Shown: one piece after another, positions 49,788 to 56,004 of the stretch
Layout: each line of letters opens with the position of its first letter
Numbering within the stretch: position 1 is the stretch's first letter
Source of the DNA: Chiloscyllium plagiosum
Taxonomy: Eukaryota
Reading direction: 5' to 3'
DNA length: 56,004 bases
NCBI RefSeq assembly: GCF_004010195.1
Contig: NC_057756.1
Span: forward strand, 8,562,773 to 8,618,776
Made by a program: the position numbers and the translations under genes
Notes under the pieces: model-generated
Told to the model about the DNA's origin: nothing
What the model saw: the letters and a program-made list of their open reading frames with translations, nothing else
Database searches by the model: none

Positions 49788-51349
49788 CTGAAGGCACATG
49801 TTTTTTTCAAGCAAAATGATTAAATGTGGTTTCTTCCATTCTCTTCTGAATAGAAGCTTCAAATTTATCTACATTAATGTATCCATGAAAAATAAATTTA
49901 AATAAGATGTTTGAAAAGTTTGATAAACAATAATTGAACAAAAGATATAGTTCATAATGTAATTGGTAAATTTGTATAAGAGATAAAGTACGTTAGTGGT
50001 ATAGTGATTTACTTTAGCTTGCTTTTCAGATGGTAATGTGTCTCACGTTTACTCATTATTTTAACTGCAAAGCAATGTTTTGTTAATTGTTTAGGAAACA
50101 TTTTAAAAATTTCTTTCTTTGTCTTGTTGGGCAATTGTAGGACCACCAAGCATGTTTTTGCCATACCCAAAGCTTGAATTACCTTGCTTGTTTCACAGCC
50201 TATTGCCTGAAGTGACTATTAGTTCTAATTATTCCATGGCAGAATGCTTTGAAGGTCCAAGTGTATCCCAGGGCAGTTAGGCTGGCGAATTCAGGGACTT
50301 CTTTGACCTGCCATCAATGACTGTGGGTGCATTTGCAATGCACTGTGCAGAGCTCTGCAGTAAAATGGAAACAATAATGGATGTTAAAAAAAAGGCAAGT
50401 GTCAAAGTAAAGGGCAAGATCTGAGGGGAGTAGCCAGCACTTTCACCTCAGCTGCCCCAACTGCTACAAAACAACATTGGAAAGCACGGATTGATAAACA
50501 CCATATTTTAGAACAACACCAATGGAAAAATTCTGTCAACTTTATGTAACATCGCTTACAAGAAATAACATCTTATTTAATTTGAATCTGTTACCTAAAT
50601 ATATTTAAATAGCATTTCCTTCTCAAAATGTTATTGTATTTGTATGATAATTATTTCAGAGTGCACATGCCTTATTTTAACAATTATATAGCCATTGGAA
50701 ATTCTGCACTCTTTCAACAGGCTGCTTTAGGAAGTGAAAGATTTCAACTCATGCACAGCAAGATTAAGGAGACGATTGAAAGGAGAATGATGGAAGCGAT
50801 GACACAAATATAATATTACATAAAGTCCAGGATTTGAGGCAGGTTGAAGACCCAAAAGACTCACTGCACAACCAGAAGTGATTGTTGTAACTAAGCAGTA
50901 TGCAGGCCTATGGACAGCGAAGGCTAGCTGTGACAATTTTTCAGTCTTATTTTCACAATATTTTTTAATTGCTTGTTAGAGTCAGTCAGGGAGCAGAATG
51001 TTTTGATTCACTCATGGAATGTGGCATCACTGGCTGGGCCAGCATTTACTTCTAGTCCCTAGTTGCCCCTGAGCTGCCTACTTGAACTGTTGCAGTCTAC
51101 GATATATTTCTGAGTCAGGATGTTGAATGTCTTAGAGGGGAACTTGCAGGGTCAGTGTTTCCACGTGTCTGCCCTTGTCCTTTCAGATGGAAGTGAAGTG
51201 GGCAGGGGATTGGAAGGTGCTGCCTCAGGGGCCTTGTTAGATGTACTTCAGAAGTTCAGTTAGGTATAGACACCTCCCAGATCAGAATAATATTTGGATA
51301 CATCAAAATTCAAATTTCTACCTTTGACTGTGGTGAGATTTGAACCCAG

Positions 51350-51775
51350 GTCCCAAGGATGAGGTTACTGGGAAAGGGAGGGGTGTCGGCACTGGAGGAG
51401 GTTACAGAAGTAGGAAGGGGAATTGGGGCTGGAGGATGTTACTGAGAGAGGGAGGGGTGTCAGTGCTGGAGGAGGTTACAGATAGAGAAGGGTTTGGGAC
51501 TGGAGGGGGTTGCAGAAATAGGATGGATGTAGTGGTTGAAGAAGGTTGCAGAGATAGGGAGTGGTGAATGGACTGGAGGATGTTACAGAGATAAGGAGGG
51601 ATGTAGGGTTTGCAGGAGGTTAGAGAGATAGGGACGGGTGTAGGGTTCAGAGGAGGTTACAGAGATAGGGAGGGATGTAAGTGCTGGAGGGAGTTACAGA
51701 GTTAGGGTGTGGTATGGAGGCTGCAGGAGGTTGTAGAGATAGGGAGATGTGTAGGGGCTGGAGGGGGTTACAAGT
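51350..51775. repeat. G-rich tandem repeat (GGAGGAGGTTACAGAGATAGGGAGGGG...)
   Basis: About 11 degenerate copies. Confidence 0.8.
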
Positions 51776-51804
51776 GTGGGAAGAGGTATATGTCATTCAC
51801 TTAC

Positions 51805-51925
51805 TTGTCTCTTCTCTTTCTGGCCTTGACAATGAAGTAAATCAGAAGTGGTGAGGTGATGAGCAGAACAGCGCCTCCTGCAGCTACCAGTCCGTATTTC
51901 TGTATCAGTTCCCATCTCATTCCCA
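51805..51925 (-). CDS. Gene E transmembrane exon (type I membrane protein)
   Basis: Acceptor CCTTCACAATCAG; GMRWELIQKYGLVAAGGAVLLITSPLLIYFIVKARKRRD; strong donor AA|GTAAGT; phase 1/2. Confidence 0.75.
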
Positions 51926-52954
51926 CTGATTGTGAAGGATTGACAAAGAGATAATTGTACTGATCAGATTAAAGTTTTCTGAAGTCCACTGCACAGCTTT
52001 CAAAGAATTCCCTTTCCTTTGGCTACTGAGGGGTAATGTGAACCTCACTCAATTTCAATTTTGAGAGTCATTTGACTCTCGAACAGAACAGAGGTGAATG
52101 GTGATAGGAGCAGACCCTTCAATCTTTCCAGCCTGTGCCACTAGTCAATACACTATGTCCTGCAGGAAGGGCCCCTAGGGGATTGATATATTCTTGTCTC
52201 CACCATCATCACTTGCTGTTTGAGAGCCAGCTACATTCTATTGTGGCTCTCTCAGTTTCTAAATCAACAGATTCAAACATCTCAACATCAACCTGATCAA
52301 AGTCATATCATTGTTTGAAGCTGTGTATCAGGTCAACCTTCAGTCGTCGCTCAAGAAAACAATCTCCAGCCTGGTAAATCTTTCTTGTTAGTAACAATTT
52401 CTCAGTCTGGATTCAAGCTGACACATCTGAGTTTCACCTTCTCCAGTGCCTCTACACCCTCTCCATAAATGTGGAGACAGGAATTGTGTACAGTGCTCCA
52501 CATGTGGTCAAACAAAGGGAGACTGGAACTGTACACACTACTCCGAGTATGGGCCGAACAGAGGCATACAAAAGCCATGCGCCATGATCAAAATGTGGTC
52601 TGAATAATGCTCTGAAAGTTTAATGTAACTTTCTTACATTTCGATTCTACTTTCAGTTCTATGGCCAGAATTAGAAGTTTACCTTGGGTTTCATTTGTTA
52701 AAAATACATACATTCTGCAAGCAGTTATTTTCCAGTCACAGTGAAATTTTTGTTGTAACTGACCATTGTGACATCTTTCTGAAACATGACAGGAACCTCC
52801 CTTTGGGAATTGCTGAGTGTGGAGTTACTTATAGTAGGGGAAGAATCTCAGTTGTCAGCACAAATACAGCACAGGACTTAACAACACAGCTTCTGGTCCC
52901 TAATAAGCAGCAACTGGTATCTGTCAGTCCACAGAAAGACTCAGTCCTGTGATA

Positions 52955-53645
52955 GGGAGAAAGTGAGGACTGCAGATGCTGGAGATCAGAGTCGAAAAGT
53001 GTGATGCTGGAGAAGCACAGCAGGACAGGCAGCATCCAAGGAGCAGGAGAATCACTATTTCGGATATGGACCCTTCATCAGGAATAGGGGGGAGGGGGCT
53101 GGGAGATAAATGGGAGGGTGGGAGTGGGGCTGGGGGGAAGGTAGTTGGGGAGGCGATGGGTGGATGCGGGTGGGAGGTGACAGTGATAGGTTGGCATGCA
53201 AGTCTTGGGCCGCCTCCACTGCAAAATCCAAGACACCTCACACCTGGAGGAAGAATGTCAGATCTGCGGCCTTGGGACACTCCAACCACACAGCATCTAC
53301 AGCGATTTCATCAGTTTCCTAGTTTCTCCTCCCCCCACCTTATCCCAGATCCAAACTTCCACCTGGCACCGCTTTCTTGACCTGTCCAGCCTGTCCATCT
53401 TCTGTCCCACCTTTCCACTCCATGCTTTCCTTCAACCTATTACCGTCACCCCCCCACCTGCATCTGCATACTGCCTTCACAGCTACCTCCCCACAGCGCC
53501 ACCCTCCTATTTATCTCTCAGCACCCTTCTCCCCATTTACCCCCACATTCCTGATGAAGGGCTTGTGCCTGAGGTGTTGATTGTCCTGCTCCTCGGATGG
53601 TGCCTGACCTGCTGTTCTTTTCCAGTGCCACACTTTTTGACTCAA
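52955..53645. mobile_element. Penelope-like pLTR pair in inverted orientation
   Basis: - copy 52955-53190 with CTGATGA...GAAA at 53058-53081; + copy 53200-53645 with CTGATGA at 53551. Confidence 0.7.
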
Positions 53646-53779
53646 TCCTGGAACATCCAGCCTTGAGCTCCTTGGCCATGATAGGGAAGCAGAACAGGGA
53701 GAGGCCGCTGACACAGCAGAAAGCATCAAGGATGCGTGCATTGCTTTAGCCTCTCAGGAAGTCCTAAAGTGTGGTGCAT

Positions 53780-54882
53780 TCTCATCACTGACCTCTGACA
53801 GCATGGCATTCCTTCAGCACTGACCGTCCAACAGTTCCGCACACCCTCAGTACTGACCCTTCTATAGTGTTGCACTCCCTTAGTACTGACCCTCCTACAC
53901 TGCAGTGCTCCCTCTGATGGTGCGGCGCTGACCCTCCGACAGTGCAGCGCTCCCTTAGTGCTGGCCCTTCTACAGTGCGGCACTCCCTCAGCACTGACCC
54001 TCCTTCACTGCAGTGCTCCCTCAGCACTGACCCTCCAACAGTGCAGCACACCTTCAATATTGACCCTTCTACAGTGCTGCACTCCCTCAGTACTGACCCT
54101 CCTACACTGCAGTGCTCCCTCAGCACTGACCCTCCGACAGTGCAGAGCTCCCTTAGCACTGACCCGCCAACAGTGAGGCACTCCCTCAGCGCTGACATTC
54201 CGATAGTGAGGCACTCCCTCAGCGCTGACATTCCGATAGTGAGGCACTCCCGCAGCGCTGACATTCCGACAGTGAGGCACTCCCTCGGCGCTGACCCTCC
54301 GACAGTGCAGCACTCCCTCAGTACTGACCCTTCTACAGTGTTGCACTCCCTCAGTACTGATCCTCCTACACTGCAGTGCTCCGTCAGCACTGACCCTCTG
54401 ACAGTGCAGCACTCCCTCAGCACCGGCACTCCCTCAGCACTGATCCTCTGACAGTGCAGCACTTCCTCAGCACTGACCCTCCTACACTGCAGCGCTTCCT
54501 CAGCACTGACCCTTCAACAGTGCAGCACACCCTCAGTACTGACCCTTCTACGGTGCGGCACTCCCTCAGTACTGACCCTCCGACACTGCAGTGCTCCATC
54601 AGCACTGACCCTCCGACAGTGCAGCACACCTCAGCGCTGACCCTTCGGCAGTGCGGTGCAACCTCAGCACTGACCCTCCGACAGTGCGGAGCTCCCTTAG
54701 CACTGACCCTCTGACAGTGAGACACTCCCTTGGCACTGACCCTCCGACAGTGCAGAGCTCCCTCAGCACTGAACCTCTGACAGTGAGGCACTCCCTCAGT
54801 TCTGGCCCTCCGGTGGTGCGGAGCTCCCTCGGCGCTGGCCCTCCGACAGTGCGGCGCTCCCTCAGCACTGACCCTCCGACAA
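53780..54882. repeat. Minisatellite, 33-bp unit (CAGCACTGACCCTCCGACAGTGCAGCACTCCCT)
   Basis: About 33 copies; explains the repetitive ORFs in all frames. Confidence 0.92.
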
Positions 54883-55275
54883 CAGGAGAGAAGCACTGAA
54901 AATAGTGATTATTATTCACAATTGATATGATAGGTGGTCATATCCTGGTTGTATAATGTCAAATTTATACTTTTGCAACAGGCCCCACAGTTTTCTTCTT
55001 TAGAGCTATAAAATGAAATGGAGTCTAGTTTTGTATAATTGAAACACCAGGAGAGTTTCATAACTTGAAAGTCATGTTCTGCTTATTGATTTAGCTCAGC
55101 AGTCCAGTGTTGCTATTTGAAGTGATGAGAGTTTAAGTTTGAGATTGCACAGTGAGGTAAACAAATTCTGCCTGACAACAGCTGACTGATAGGTTGTGTT
55201 CTAAGTGCCATGGCGATTGAGAGGAACATGCAGTGCCTGCAACTGGAAAGCACCCATCTATCCGACTTTCTTTAC

Positions 55276-55290
55276 CTCTTGCAGAGATAA
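55276..55290 (-). CDS. Candidate 15-nt stalk micro-exon of gene E
   Basis: TTTTGCAG|TTATCTCTGCAAGAG|GTAAAG; phase 1/1. Confidence 0.35.
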
Positions 55291-55349
55291 CTGCAAAATC
55301 TTTATATAAATTGAGAAAAGACCAAGATGTAACCAGTCAAACAGTAAAT

Positions 55350-56004
55350 TAAGGTTTTTACAAGTAGATGAAGGACAAAAGGGTAACTAGGGAGAGAATA
55401 GGGCCCCTCAAAGATCAGCAAGGAGCTGTGTGGAGCCACAGAAAATGGGGGAGATGCTAAATGAATATTTTGCATCAGTATTTACTGTGGAAAAGGATAT
55501 GGAAGATATATACTGTAGGGAAATAGATGGTGACATCTTACAAAATGTCCAGATTACAGAGGAGGATGTGCTAGATGTCTTGAAACGGTTAAAGGTGGAT
55601 AAATCCCCACGACCTGATCAGGTGTACCTGAGAACTCTGTGGGAAGCTAGAGGTGTGATTGCTGGGCCTCTTGCTGAGATATATGTATCATCGATAATCA
55701 CAGGTGAAGTGCCAGAAGACTGGAGTTTGGCAAATGTGGTGCCACTGTTAAAGAAGGGGGGTAAGGACAAGCCAGGGAACTATAGACCGGTGAGCCTGAC
55801 CTCGGTGGTGGGCAAGTTGTTGGAGGGAATCCTGAGGGACAGGATGTACATGTACTTGGAAAGGCAGGGACTGATTCGGGATAGTCAACATGGCTTTGTG
55901 CATGGGAAATCATGTCTCACAAACTTGATTGAGTTTTTTGAAGAAGTAACAAAGAAGATTGATGAGGGCAGAGCAGTAGATGTGATCTATATGGACTTCA
56001 ATAA
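55350..56004 (+). mobile_element. CR1 ORF2 fragment (EN-RT linker and RT start)
   Basis: GGKDKPGNYRPVSLTSVVGK-type and SQHGF..GKSCLTNL motifs; 55355-55545 near-identical to 34790-34980. Confidence 0.85.

Noticed and set aside
50183-50206. 24-nt minus-strand exon-like unit
   Set aside because: Immediate stop in the phase required after the TM exon.
52684-52952. Possible extra exon of gene E, or the 85-aa + strand ORF
   Set aside because: No phase-1/1 open frame between plausible splice sites; no recognisable domain.
53726-54919. Long Cys- or Pro-rich ORFs
   Set aside because: Artefact of the 33-bp tandem repeat being open in several frames.

Overview
Vertebrate genomic DNA, almost certainly from a cartilaginous fish (shark). 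This is inferred from HE1-type and Deu-domain SINEs, CR1 LINEs and Penelope-like remnants. There are two N-gaps (16602-17101, 22242-22498). Hand-built splice models give the following. (1) A CpG-island promoter (CRE, CCAAT, GC boxes, RFX X-boxes) and a 2-codon first exon that splices in frame to a G-domain-only IRG (p47) GTPase at 4131-4817. (2) A birth-and-death cluster of single-IgV, B7/butyrophilin-like type I membrane protein genes. It has one complete, phase-consistent 6-exon gene (27092-39099, +) with a glycine-zipper TM and a possible alternative last exon (43185-43297). It also has the 3' end of a paralog (17691-17865, +), two inverted V-exon pseudogenes (24476-25019 and 46105-46460, -), and the TM and tail exons of another type I membrane gene on the - strand (49694-51925). 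(3) A Gypsy element with TSD whose RT-RNaseH-PPT-LTR order suggests a Gmr1-like element, a solo LTR, Penelope-like fragments with hammerhead-ribozyme cores, many CR1/SINE fragments, several minisatellites and a perfect 51-bp inverted repeat. All gene models are predictions from splice signals and reading phase. No database search was possible.
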